Both the position numbers and the translations under genes were made by a program. Shown in pieces: positions 53,698 to 53,839 of a stretch of 53,839 nucleotides of DNA. The DNA is from an uncultured Thermoplasmatales archaeon. GTDB taxonomy: Archaea; Thermoplasmatota; E2; DHVEG-1. The notes under the pieces were generated by a model. That model worked only from the letters and a program-made list of their open reading frames with translations, was not told where the DNA came from and searched no databases. The stretch covers positions 1 through 53,839 of the forward strand of contig CAZQEU010000002.1 in assembly GCA_964592335.1 (NCBI GenBank), read 5' to 3'. The number at the start of each line of letters is the position of its first letter. Position 1 is the stretch's first letter.

Positions 53698-53839
53698 TTC
53701 TTTGAAACCCCAATCCACCTGTTTGTATTTTTCATATATCTTTTGTAATCCTCTCCATATTTTTCTATGCAGAATTCTTCTTCGTATTCAACTATTAAAA
53801 CTGTAATTAGTATGTAGACAAATGTAAGCATTAGAAAAA
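53694..53839 (-). CDS. 3' end of an isoprenylcysteine carboxyl / phospholipid methyltransferase-like membrane protein (5'-truncated by the window edge)
   Basis: Hand translation gives ...LIVEYEEEFCIEKYGEDYKRYMKNTNRWIGVSKK*, matching the E-E-x-L-x3-FG-x2-Y-x2-Y C-terminal signature. Confidence 0.55.
   Translation of the reverse strand, partial: FLMLTFVYILITVLIVEYEEEFCIEKYGEDYKRYMKNTNRWIGVSKK

Overview
AT-rich archaeal chromosomal window. Archaea-specific markers are LSm, L37e, L39e, L31e, S19e, aIF6, Rpp21, SepF, Elp3 and a PDCD5-like protein. Many genes have GGAGG-type Shine-Dalgarno sequences, and ATGA/GTGA start-stop overlaps are frequent. The source is probably an uncultured small-genome lineage; DPANN-like is only a guess. 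Layout: (1) 1-3.7 kb looks accessory. It holds about 900 bp of non-coding DNA with phased 10-bp repeats, a Zn-ribbon/PD-(D/E)XK nuclease-like gene, and a COG1373-type AAA ATPase gene bracketed by an exact 20-bp direct repeat. (2) 3.7-8.7 kb holds a HAD phosphatase, a secreted C25-like peptidase, vapBC, LSm-L37e, a PUA protein, SepF, a possible structured RNA and tRNA-Arg. (3) 8.9-28.2 kb is the standout: a type IV pilus-like (non-archaellum) locus. It has two tandem FlaI/GspE-family ATPases with different accessory extensions, a platform protein split into two genes, and six proteins with archaeal class III (prepilin-like) N-termini. Three of these are giant adhesin-like proteins (PKD/FN3-like repeats, DUF2341 + LamG lectin modules). 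Two carry Hint (intein/Hedgehog-like) autoprocessing domains that cannot be canonical inteins. (4) 28.2-53.8 kb is mostly housekeeping: the Rpp21/S19e/L39e/L31e/aIF6 cluster, ValRS, an MFS transporter, beta-carbonic anhydrase, an HPS-RraA fusion, FolD, an ABC-2 exporter, Elp3, DUF89, OPT, tRNA-Leu and an MMPL/RND exporter. No CRISPR array or rRNA was seen.
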